33,270 nt of DNA from Candidatus Omnitrophota bacterium (lineage in GTDB: Bacteria > Omnitrophota > Gorgyraeia > 1-14-0-20-64-10), in NCBI GenBank assembly GCA_016196375.1, contig JACPXU010000009.1, forward strand, positions 1-33,270, written 5' to 3'. This document shows, piece by piece, positions 25,582 to 32,993 of this stretch; position 1 is the stretch's first letter; each line of letters begins with the position of its first letter. The notes beneath the pieces were generated by a model, which saw nothing but the letters and a program-made list of their open reading frames with translations, made no database searches and was not told the DNA's origin. Made by a program: the position numbers and the translations under genes.

Positions 25582-27113
25582 TCCGCCACCTCCTTCAGCC
25601 TCTCCAGCCGCAGATGCCGCCGCACCCCGTCAGCCAGGACCTCATACGTGTCAGCGGTGCCAGTGCCAGACCCTCTGGTGCCAGGCACTGCAGTGCCTGG
25701 CACCGTTAGGTTTTGTGACGGGCGGAGCCGGTTCAAGAAATGGCGCCGGAACCCGGCGGCGTCGAAGAGGCCGTGCAGATAGGTCCCCCAGATCCGCTTC
25801 TCAGAGAGCAGGCAGCCGTCCCATTCATCAATCGCGGCCCCGCCCCGGTCGGTCAGCCGGAAGACCGGCTTCCCACGCCGGATCCCCTGGATCCTCCCGG
25901 CGTGGATCTCGTAGCCGCGAACCGGCTCGCCGCTGTCGATGTGAATGCCGCTCACCTGGGCGGTGATCTTCTCCGGAAGAAACAGCGTGCTGGTGGGCAG
26001 CCACCCCAAACCGGGCATCGATCCCTCCTCGGACTCGACGTGGCGGGGATCGTAGATCATCTGGCCCAGCATCTGGAACCCGCCGCAGATTCCCAGCAGC
26101 TCCACCCCGTTCTCCACGCAGCGGGCGATGTACCGGTCCAGGCCCCGGCCCTTGAGCCAGCTCAAGTCGGCCATGGTGCTCTTGGAGCCGGGCAGGATGA
26201 GGAGGTCCGGCATCGGGCCGTTGGGGGGCGGCTCGGTCAGGTACTGGAGCTCGACGTTCGGCTCCTGGTCGAGCGGATCGAAGTCGGTGAAGTTGGAGAT
26301 CGTCGGGTAACGGACAACCTGAACTCTTAAAACCGGTGGGGTCAGACCCCAGGGGGCCCTTCCCCGCCCCTGAAGCCGCTCCGCGCAACTATCCTCCTCC
26401 GGAACCCTGAGGCCCTCCAGGAACGGGATCACCCCGACGACCGGCCGGCCGGTCCGCTTCTCGAGCCAATCCACCCCGGGCTCCAGCAGGGCCGGATCTC
26501 CGCGGAACTTGTTGATGATGAACCCCTTCACATGGGCCCGCTCCTCCGGCTCGAGCAGCTCCAGCGTCCCGATCAGATGGGCGAAGAGGCCGCCCCTTTC
26601 GATGTCGGCCACCAGGATCACCGGCGCCCCCGCCCTGCGGGCCACCGCCATGTTGGCCAGGTCGGTGGACTTGAGATTCACCTCGGCCGGGGAGCCGGCC
26701 CCTTCGATCACGAGGAACTGGTACTCCTCCATCAACTGTTCAAGGGAAGATTCGATCGCCTCCATCAGGGTGGGCCGGAGCCGAGCCAGATCGCCCGCCC
26801 GCACCGTGCCGATCGGTTTTCCCAGGAGGATCACCTGGGAGCTCTGGTCCGACATCGTCTTCAACAGGACCGGATTCATCTTCACCGACGGCTCGATCCC
26901 GCAGGCCTTGGCCTGCGCCGCCTGGGCGGTGGCGATCTCGCCACCATCCCGCGTCACCGAGGCGTTGTTGGACATGTTCATCCCCTTGAACGGGGCGACC
27001 CGGAATCCTTGCCGCGCCAGCAGCCTGCAGAAGGCGGCCGCCATCACCGACTTGCCGGCGTGGGAGGAGGTCCCCTGAAACATCAGGGCCTTCGCCTTAG
27101 GCTTAGCCGGCAT
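25563..27113 (-). CDS. cobQ: Cobyric acid synthase
   Basis: It carries MFQGTSSHAGKS, ICGGFQMLG (GATase Cys) and GTYLHGLFD. It is 516 aa and carries two in-frame repeat insertions. Confidence 0.95.
   Translation of the reverse strand: MPAKPKAKALMFQGTSSHAGKSVMAAAFCRLLARQGFRVAPFKGMNMSNNASVTRDGGEIATAQAAQAKACGIEPSVKMNPVLLKTMSDQSSQVILLGKPIGTVRAGDLARLRPTLMEAIESSLEQLMEEYQFLVIEGAGSPAEVNLKSTDLANMAVARRAGAPVILVADIERGGLFAHLIGTLELLEPEERAHVKGFIINKFRGDPALLEPGVDWLEKRTGRPVVGVIPFLEGLRVPEEDSCAERLQGRGRAPWGLTPPVLRVQVVRYPTISNFTDFDPLDQEPNVELQYLTEPPPNGPMPDLLILPGSKSTMADLSWLKGRGLDRYIARCVENGVELLGICGGFQMLGQMIYDPRHVESEEGSMPGLGWLPTSTLFLPEKITAQVSGIHIDSGEPVRGYEIHAGRIQGIRRGKPVFRLTDRGGAAIDEWDGCLLSEKRIWGTYLHGLFDAAGFRRHFLNRLRPSQNLTVPGTAVPGTRGSGTGTADTYEVLADGVRRHLRLERLKEVAEWIPRL
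25656..25704. repeat. GGTGCCAG-type repeat cluster ending in a 28-nt perfect palindrome (25677-25704), inside the cobQ 3' region
   Basis: GGTGCCAGGCACTGCAGTGCCTGGCACC is self-complementary. It is preceded by GGTGCCAGTGCCAGACCCTCTGG. The cluster is translated as TVPGTAVPGTRGSGTGT. Its arms match the 475-498 palindrome (GGTGCCAGG/CCTGGCACC). Confidence 0.85.
26338..26350. repeat. Single GGGGTCAGACCCC unit inside the cobQ interdomain linker
   Basis: It has the same 13-mer core as at 510-537, 28904-28946 and 32090-32117, and is translated as WGLTP. Confidence 0.7.
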
Positions 27114-28137
27114 CCCGCAGGATCTCCCTCAAGGCGCCGACCAGCCGCTCGTTCTCCTCCCGCCGCCGGACCGCGACCCGGATGAACCGGCCCGGCTCCA
27201 GGCCGGTGAAGTCGTCGCAGGAGCGGATCAGGATCCCCCGCTCCTTCAGCTGGTCGGCGAGACGGCGATTGGACCAGCCGGGATCCTCAAGACGGCAGAG
27301 GAAGAAGTTGGCCGAGGATGGAGAGGGGCGAATCCCCCCCAGGCCGGCCAGATCCTCCCGGAGTGAATCCCGGAATCGCTTGAGCGCCTGCCGCGTCTGG
27401 GCCAGGAACGGCTCTCCCCGCTCCAGCAGCCGGGCTCCGACCGAGGCGGCCAACCCGTTCATCGGCCAGGGCGGCTGGAGATCCCGCAGCCCGGCCACGA
27501 TCCCGGGGGAGGCCGCCAGGTACCCCACCCTCAGGCCGGGGATCGCGAAGCTCTTCGTCATCGAGCGCAAAACGATGAGACGGCTGAACCGGGCCAGATC
27601 CCGGATCATGGAGTAACGCAGCGGGTCCTCCACCAGATCCATGTACGCCTCGTCCACGACGAGGAAGGCCCCTCTCCTCTCGCAAGCCTCCGCCACCTTG
27701 AGGAGCTCCTCCCTCGGCTGAACGGTTCCGGTCGGATTGTTCGGATTGCAGAGGAACAGAAGCCGCGCCCGGTCAAGGGGGGTGATCCTCCCTCCATTCG
27801 CCAGGACCGCCCGCTCGTACTCGGTGAAGGTGGGGGCCGCCACCGCCGCATCCTCCCCCGCCCGCCACCGGCTGATCAGGTGGATCAGGTCCGCGGTCCC
27901 GTTGCCGGGAAGGATCGCCGCCGGATCGGCCCGATGGAGCCGGCCGGCCGCCTCCCGGAACTCCTCGTAGGTCGGCTCCGGGTACCAGGCGATCTGCCCC
28001 TGCGCCTCCTGGATCAGCACGCCCAAATCAGGCGGCGGCCCGAGTGGATTGAGATCCGCGCTGAAGTCCAGGATCTCATCCAGGCCAAAGGTCCCTTCCT
28101 TGAGGAGCGGCCAAAGGTTTCCCCCGTGCGTCCCCAT
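27103..28137 (-). CDS. cobD: L-threonine-O-3-phosphate decarboxylase (class II aminotransferase fold)
   Basis: It carries THGGNLWPL, LDFSADLNPLGPP, NPNNPTG and SMTKSFAIPGLRVGY (PLP Lys). ATG 28137 overlaps the cobS stop (TGATG). The track start, GTG 28152, is the alternative. Confidence 0.88.
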   Translation of the reverse strand: MGTHGGNLWPLLKEGTFGLDEILDFSADLNPLGPPPDLGVLIQEAQGQIAWYPEPTYEEFREAAGRLHRADPAAILPGNGTADLIHLISRWRAGEDAAVAAPTFTEYERAVLANGGRITPLDRARLLFLCNPNNPTGTVQPREELLKVAEACERRGAFLVVDEAYMDLVEDPLRYSMIRDLARFSRLIVLRSMTKSFAIPGLRVGYLAASPGIVAGLRDLQPPWPMNGLAASVGARLLERGEPFLAQTRQALKRFRDSLREDLAGLGGIRPSPSSANFFLCRLEDPGWSNRRLADQLKERGILIRSCDDFTGLEPGRFIRVAVRRREENERLVGALREILRDAG

Positions 28138-28901
28138 CAGATCACCAGGCACAGAAGGGCCAGCGCCTCCACCACCTCATTGACTGCCCCCAGCGTGTCG
28201 CCGGTGATCCCCCCCAGCCGCTTCATGCAGAGGGAATTGAACAGCCAGACCGCCGCCGCTCCGAGAGCGACGAGGAGCAGACCCTTCCCCAACCCTGCGG
28301 CGGCCAGAACGATCCCGAGGGTCATCGCGGTGGCCATGGTGACCGACTCCGGCGATCGCCGGTCGGTCACCAGACGCCCCAGCCCCTGCTTCCCGCGCAC
28401 GTAGGGAAAGCTCTGCGCGGAGAGCACCATCCCCCAGCGGCTCAACGCACAGGCCGCCGCCAGGGACCCGATCCACCGATGGCTTGGGACCGCCTGGATC
28501 AGGGACCATTTCAGGCCCAGCAGGAGAAACAGCCCGATCGCGCCGAATGCCCCGATCCGGCTGTCGTGCATCACCTCGAGGGCCTTCTCCTTCCCCCCTG
28601 CCGTCGCCCCGAACCCATCCACGGTGTCGGAGAATCCATCCAGATGAAGGCCGCCGGTCAGGATCACCATCGCCGCCAATCCCAAGATGGCTGATACAGA
28701 TGCCGATGCCGACGCCGGGAAGAGGCCGGCCGTGAGGAAGACCACCCCGCCTCCCGCGCCGCCCACCAGAGCCCCCACGAGCGGGAACCAGGCCATCGCC
28801 CGGCCCATCCTCACCTCCGGCTGCGGATCGACCAGGGGGCAGGCCCCCGGCAGGATCGTCAGGAAGGAGACGGCATCCCGAAAAGACAAAAAGCCGTTCA
28901 C
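28137..28901 (-). CDS. cobS: Adenosylcobinamide-GDP ribazoletransferase (cobalamin synthase)
   Basis: It carries FRDAVSFLTILP, is multi-TM and 254 aa long. The GTG start overlaps the cobT stop (GTGA). Confidence 0.92.
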   Translation of the reverse strand: MNGFLSFRDAVSFLTILPGACPLVDPQPEVRMGRAMAWFPLVGALVGGAGGGVVFLTAGLFPASASASVSAILGLAAMVILTGGLHLDGFSDTVDGFGATAGGKEKALEVMHDSRIGAFGAIGLFLLLGLKWSLIQAVPSHRWIGSLAAACALSRWGMVLSAQSFPYVRGKQGLGRLVTDRRSPESVTMATAMTLGIVLAAAGLGKGLLLVALGAAAVWLFNSLCMKRLGGITGDTLGAVNEVVEALALLCLVI

Positions 28902-29986
28902 CTGGGGTCAGACCCTTTAGGGTCAGACCCCAGAGGGTCTGACCCCGCCGGGCCGGAAACTAAGGCCTCGGAGAAGGTGGCCATCTCCGAGAGCAGCTTG
29001 AGGGAGGCCTCCACCAGAGAGAAGGCGAGGGCCGCGCCGGTTCCCTCACCCAGCCGCATCTGGAGATCGAACAGCGGCACAAGGCCCATCGATTCAAGGA
29101 GGATCCGATGCCCCGGCTCCACCGACCGATGGGAAGCGATCAGATGATCCGACAGCCCCGGGGCGATCCGGCAAGCGACCAGGGCGGCGGCCGAGGTGAT
29201 GAATCCATCCAACACCACCGGGACCCTGGCCTGGGCGCCGGCCAGGGCGATCCCGGCCAGGCAGGCGATCTCCAACCCTCCCACCTTGGCGAGACAGTCG
29301 AGAGGATCGCTCGGGTCCGGCCGATGAAGCGCGAGGACCTTCTCAATCACCTGGACCTTGCGCCGAAGCTGCTGATCCACGAGGCCGGTCCCCCGGCCGG
29401 TCACCTCCGACACCTTGGCCCCGGTCAACGCCGCGGTCAGAGCGGTGGAGGCGGTGGTGTTCCCGATCCCCATGTCCCCCAGACCGACCAGGTCGATCGC
29501 CCTCTCCCGATGGGCATCATCGAATATCCTGATCCCGTTTCGAATCGCCTGCTCCGCCTCCGCTCGATCCATCGCCGGGCCACGGGCCATGTTCCCGGTC
29601 CCCGGCCGGACCTTGGCATGGATCAGGCCATCGGCGGAATCCGGCGATCCGGCGATCCCCGCATCCACCACCAGCACCTCGGCCCCCACGTGCCTGGCCA
29701 GCACGTTGATCCCGGCCCCGCCCCTCAGGAAGTTCGCCACCATCTGGAGGGTAACCTCCTGCGGATAGGCGGAGACCCCTTCAGCCACGACCCCATGGTC
29801 CGCCGCCACGGTGAAGATCACCTTCCGGCGGATCCTGGCCGAGGGCCGGCCGGTGATCCCCGCGATCCGGATCCCCAGCTCCTCCAGCCGGCCCAGCGAG
29901 CCGACCGGCTTGGTGAGGTTGTCCCACCGGCGCCTCGCCTCCTCCTGCGCCTGCCGATCCAAAGGGGGAATCGAAACGCCGGTCAT
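28898..29986 (-). CDS. cobT: Nicotinate-nucleotide--dimethylbenzimidazole phosphoribosyltransferase, with a repeat-encoded C-terminal tail
   Basis: It carries LTKPVGSLGRLEE, GDMGIGNTT and RLGEGTGAALA. The last ~17 aa (PAGSDPLGSDPKGSDPR) are encoded by the GGGTCAGACCC repeat cluster. Confidence 0.95.
   Translation of the reverse strand: MTGVSIPPLDRQAQEEARRRWDNLTKPVGSLGRLEELGIRIAGITGRPSARIRRKVIFTVAADHGVVAEGVSAYPQEVTLQMVANFLRGGAGINVLARHVGAEVLVVDAGIAGSPDSADGLIHAKVRPGTGNMARGPAMDRAEAEQAIRNGIRIFDDAHRERAIDLVGLGDMGIGNTTASTALTAALTGAKVSEVTGRGTGLVDQQLRRKVQVIEKVLALHRPDPSDPLDCLAKVGGLEIACLAGIALAGAQARVPVVLDGFITSAAALVACRIAPGLSDHLIASHRSVEPGHRILLESMGLVPLFDLQMRLGEGTGAALAFSLVEASLKLLSEMATFSEALVSGPAGSDPLGSDPKGSDPR
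28904..28946. repeat. Three GGGTCAGACCC-type units (two direct, one inverted) at the cobT/cobS junction
   Basis: The units are GGGGTCAGACCC (28904-28915), GGGTCAGACCCC (28920-28931) and GGGTCTGACCCC (28935-28946). The last two form an 11-bp stem hairpin. Confidence 0.9.
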
Positions 29987-30552
29987 TTCAACCTCACCGG
30001 GATTCCAGCCACCAAAAGGTACACCTCATCCGCCGCCTCCGCCACCCGCTGATTGATCCTCCCCAGCAGGTCCCGGAACCGCCGGCCGAGCGGATGGTCC
30101 GGAACGATCCCCAGCCCCACCTCGTTGCTCACAAGGATCGCCGAGAGGCCGGCCCTTCTGCAGGCCTTGAGGAGATCACCGACCCTCGACTCGATCCTGG
30201 AGGGGGAGCTGTTCGCCAGCAGATGATTCGTGACAAAGGTGGGCAGGCAGTCCAACAGGAGGAGGGTTCCTGAGCTTAAACGGTGTGTCTTGAGCCGTTC
30301 CGGGAGGTTGAGCGGCTCCTCGACCGTCACCCAGGAGCCGTTTCTCTCTCTCCGGTGGCGGGCGATGCGGCCGGCCATCTCCCCGTCGCAGGGAACGCCG
30401 GTCGCCACGAACAGCCGCCGGCGGAACCTGCCCTTCTCGGCCAACCCGAGGGCGAACCGGCTCTTCCCGGCCCTGGCGCCGCCGGTGACTAGGATGAGTC
30501 GTGGGAAAGTATGGGGGCGTGAAGTCTCAGTTCCTCTCCCGCGAGGGAACAT
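29983..30552 (-). CDS. cobU: Bifunctional adenosylcobinamide kinase / adenosylcobinamide-phosphate guanylyltransferase
   Basis: It has the P-loop LVTGGARAGKS and is ~189 aa from ATG 30552. GGAG lies 9 nt upstream. It sits immediately downstream of the riboswitch, and its stop overlaps the cobT ATG (ATGA). Confidence 0.9.
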   Translation of the reverse strand: MFPRGRGTETSRPHTFPRLILVTGGARAGKSRFALGLAEKGRFRRRLFVATGVPCDGEMAGRIARHRRERNGSWVTVEEPLNLPERLKTHRLSSGTLLLLDCLPTFVTNHLLANSSPSRIESRVGDLLKACRRAGLSAILVSNEVGLGIVPDHPLGRRFRDLLGRINQRVAEAADEVYLLVAGIPVRLK

Positions 30553-30565
30553 TGGATGATCTCCT

Positions 30566-30762
30566 GCAACGAGGACATCGCGAGGTCTCCTGGCTCCCCC
30601 GCCCTTAGCGCGCCTTCCCATCCACCCGGGCCTGCGGCGAACAGTGGCATCCTTGCGCTAAGGAATCTTCCCTCCGCGTGGAACCGGAGGGCGGGGCTAC
30701 AGTGGCGGGGCCGCGCCCGATTGTCAACGGGGCTTCCCTCACACGACGTCCGGATGCGCCTT
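30566..30762 (-). promoter_or_regulatory. Cobalamin (AdoCbl) riboswitch
   Basis: The minus strand reads GAGGGAAGCCCCGTTGACAATCGGGCGCGGCCCCGCCACTGTA ... GATGCCACTG...GGGAAGGCG ... GGGAGCCAGGAGACCTCGC (B12 box). The conserved blocks appear in the canonical order, directly 5' of cobU. Confidence 0.88.
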
Positions 30763-30764
30763 CC

Positions 30765-30793
30765 TTTTTACACCGGCACTAAAGCGCCGTCAA
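30765..30793 (-). promoter_or_regulatory. Putative sigma70-type promoter for the riboswitch/cob operon
   Basis: On the minus strand, TTGACG (30793-30788), a 17-nt spacer, then TAAAAA (30770-30765). This would place the TSS a few nt before the riboswitch. Confidence 0.45.
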
Positions 30794-30825
30794 GCCCAAA
30801 CTGCCCATCAAGCTTCCTGGGGGGG

Positions 30826-30861
30826 TTGACCTATCCGGAATTCTATGTCATACTATATGAC
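30826..30861 (+). promoter_or_regulatory. Putative divergent promoter with a palindromic operator for the HTH/AbiEii pair
   Basis: TTGACC (30826-30831), a 17-nt spacer, then CATACT (or TACTAT with a 19-nt spacer). The palindrome GTCATA-CTA-TATGAC (30847-30861) overlaps the -10 and abuts the first in-frame GTG. Confidence 0.45.
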
Positions 30862-31407
30862 GTGGATATCGCATGGACTCTGAGCGGTGTCGGGGAGCGC
30901 CCTTCCAGGCTGGTCCGCGCGGGAAGGCCGGGCCGGCCGGCGGTGGCGATCCATCCGGTCTTGACCGTGCAGGAGGTCTGCCGCCGGCTGCGCCGGTCGA
31001 GGCGGCAGGTCTACCGGTACCTCAAGGGAGGACGGCTGCGGCCCTGCGCCCAGGTCCTGGGCCAGTGGCTCTTCTCGATGGAGGAGGTGCGCCGGTTTCG
31101 CGGAGACCGTCTGCCGGCATTCCTGAAGCCCTTCTTCTGGGACACGCGGCTGGCCGATCTGTCGCTTGAGCGGAACCGGGACTTCGTCCTGGCTCGCCTG
31201 CTGGAATCCGGAGACCGGAGGGCCCTGCGATGGGTCTTTAAGGCCTATCGGAGGGAGGAGCTGCGCTCTTTCCTTGAAGGGAGAGGGGCGGAGGTCCTCT
31301 CCGAGCGGACGCGACACTTCTGGCTGCTCCTCCTGGGAGAGGAGGCCTCGGTGAGGAGCCGCCCCTCCTGGCGCCGCCGGGGCCGCCGCTGGGGCGGGAT
31401 CGAGTGA
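30862..31407 (+). CDS. Excisionase/MerR-type HTH protein, putative antitoxin partner of the AbiEii-type toxin (start uncertain: GTG 30862 or GTG 30943)
   Basis: It carries the HTH VLTVQEVCRRLRRSRRQVYRYLKGGRLRPCAQVLGQWLFSMEEVRRF. The C-terminal FWDTRLADLSLERNRDFVLARLLESGD..ALRWV motif is one I recall from partners of DUF1814-type nucleotidyltransferases. The stop overlaps the next start (GTGA). Confidence 0.65.
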   Translation: MDIAWTLSGVGERPSRLVRAGRPGRPAVAIHPVLTVQEVCRRLRRSRRQVYRYLKGGRLRPCAQVLGQWLFSMEEVRRFRGDRLPAFLKPFFWDTRLADLSLERNRDFVLARLLESGDRRALRWVFKAYRREELRSFLEGRGAEVLSERTRHFWLLLLGEEASVRSRPSWRRRGRRWGGIE

Positions 31408-32063
31408 GCGCTCCGCAGGCGGTTCCTCCCACCGTTCACAGGCTGCTTGAGCGGCTTGGGGAAGCGGGGATCTTCCGGGATTTTTACCTGGCCGGCGGGA
31501 CAGGGTTGGCGCTCCTTCTCTCGCACCGCCGGTCGGTGGATCTGGATCTCTTTTCCCGCGGGAACCGGCTGAAGGCTGAGGAGCGCCGGGCCCTGATTGC
31601 GCGGCTGAAGCCGGTTTCCAGATGGACACTCGTCGAGGAGAAAGAGGGTACGCTCCATGGGCGGCTCGGCGGCGTCAAGGTGAGCTTCTTCCGGTATCCC
31701 CAGCCGCTGGTCAGGCCGCTCGCGCGGCGAGGGGCGGTCCGGATCGCCTCGCTGGAGGACATCGGCCTGATGAAGATCGGAGCCATCGTCGGCCGCGGCT
31801 CGAAGAAGGACTTCGTGGATCTGTACGAGATCTGCCGGCGGATCCCGCTGGATGAGCTTCTGAGATTGGGGGCGCGGAAATTCCCCGATTCGCGGGATTT
31901 CACCCTGCAGGCCCTGAAGGGGCTCAGCTTCTTCCGGGAGGCGGAGGAGGAACCGCCGGTGATCTCGGTGAAGCCGGCGAGCTGGGAAAAGGTCAGGGAG
32001 TTCTTCAGCCGCCAGGTGTCCCTCCTGGGGCGGCGCACGCTAAGAACCCGGCGCCAGGATTAA
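31404..32063 (+). CDS. Nucleotidyltransferase AbiEii/AbiGii toxin family protein (DUF1814)
   Basis: It carries FYLAGGTGLALLLSHRRSVDLDLF, IASLEDIGLMKIGAIVGRGSKKDFVDLY, the characteristic nucleotidyltransferase core of the family. It is 219 aa. Confidence 0.8.
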   Translation: MSAPQAVPPTVHRLLERLGEAGIFRDFYLAGGTGLALLLSHRRSVDLDLFSRGNRLKAEERRALIARLKPVSRWTLVEEKEGTLHGRLGGVKVSFFRYPQPLVRPLARRGAVRIASLEDIGLMKIGAIVGRGSKKDFVDLYEICRRIPLDELLRLGARKFPDSRDFTLQALKGLSFFREAEEEPPVISVKPASWEKVREFFSRQVSLLGRRTLRTRRQD

Positions 32064-32117
32064 TCCAGGCGCCGCCGGAAAAACCTGAAGGGGTCTGATC
32101 CCGCGGGGTCAGACCCC
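32050..32117. repeat. Second copy of the twin-palindrome module, between convergent genes (bidirectional terminator candidate)
   Basis: The module reads GGCGCCAGGATTAATCCAGGCGCC (one mismatched pair), a 16-nt spacer, then GGGGTCTGATCCCGCGGGGTCAGACCCC (one mismatch). The order matches 475-537. The TAA stop of the toxin gene lies in the ATTAAT centre. Confidence 0.85.
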
Positions 32118-32135
32118 ACGAGGGTTTGGGGGGGG

Positions 32136-32993
32136 TTACGCGAAGATCAGAACGGACTCTTTGAGATCGTGGTACAGCATCACCACGGAGCCCGGCTCCA
32201 ACAGGCCCCGCTGCTGCAGCTCTTCGAGGAGCCCGGGGGTGACCCAAGAGACAGTCTCGTCATTCACCCCGATGAACACCTGCCCCGACTGAATGGGAAT
32301 CGCCTTCTCCTCCCCGATCACCAGATAAGCCTCCGCCGGGTTGTCATCCACAAACCGAATGGCTCCCTGGTCCACCGCCTGCTGAAGGCTGGCCTTGACC
32401 TGATCTCTCCACTTTTCCTGGACGAAAACTGGAATCCCGCGTTCCAGAAAGGCGGGGGGAAGCCCCGTTTTCGGCAGCGAAAATACCAAACCCTGCTCCT
32501 CCGCCCTGGGGCCGGCGGCGGGGGCTCCCTCTTGACCGGAAGGACGGCCCCACTGTTCCACCTGCCGCTTAATCCGGGAAAACGAGCGGCCTTCCAATGT
32601 GCCCTGCGGCGGATCGGGCAGCAGACGCAAGAGGGAATGCGTTCGGGACAGGATGCTGTCTCCGATCGGCTGGTCCTTATGGATCGCGGCAATCTGAAAA
32701 AGAAATGCCGACAAGGGAACGGTCCATTCCCAATAACGAAGAACCTCGTGAAGTTGCCCGCCGGGCTGCAACCATTCGTTCAGAATCTGGAGCGTCTGCT
32801 CGGGATTCTCAAAGATCAACCGGTTTTCAAGATAGAGCCGCTGATCTTCCAGCGCCTCCGGAATGCCCCCCTGAACGAAAAGACCGTAGATTTCCATAAG
32901 CCTCAGCAAGGCCTCTTCGGCATCAAGGGCTGGCCCATCCTCCTCCAGCCCGGCGGTAGTGGCGGAGGAACCTGTCCCCGGCGCAAGCGGCAC
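32136..32993 (-). CDS. Hypothetical protein, no recognisable family; probably longer at the N-terminus (signal peptide, see findings)
   Basis: It is a long ORF with coding-like composition in a visibly lower-GC stretch. I recognise no motifs. An in-frame upstream extension encodes ARFLAVFLSLALSLPSAFG. Confidence 0.6.
   Translation of the reverse strand: MPLAPGTGSSATTAGLEEDGPALDAEEALLRLMEIYGLFVQGGIPEALEDQRLYLENRLIFENPEQTLQILNEWLQPGGQLHEVLRYWEWTVPLSAFLFQIAAIHKDQPIGDSILSRTHSLLRLLPDPPQGTLEGRSFSRIKRQVEQWGRPSGQEGAPAAGPRAEEQGLVFSLPKTGLPPAFLERGIPVFVQEKWRDQVKASLQQAVDQGAIRFVDDNPAEAYLVIGEEKAIPIQSGQVFIGVNDETVSWVTPGLLEELQQRGLLEPGSVVMLYHDLKESVLIFA

Noticed and set aside
24478-25782. 434-aa plus-strand ORF
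   Set aside because: It lies antisense to cbiB and the ends of cbiA and cobQ. It has shadow-ORF composition.
30556-30861. The 5' part of the 283-aa plus-strand ORF as coding sequence
   Set aside because: This stretch is the reverse complement of the cobalamin riboswitch and the cob promoter. The putative plus-strand promoter lies downstream of it, so translation most likely begins at GTG 30862 or later.
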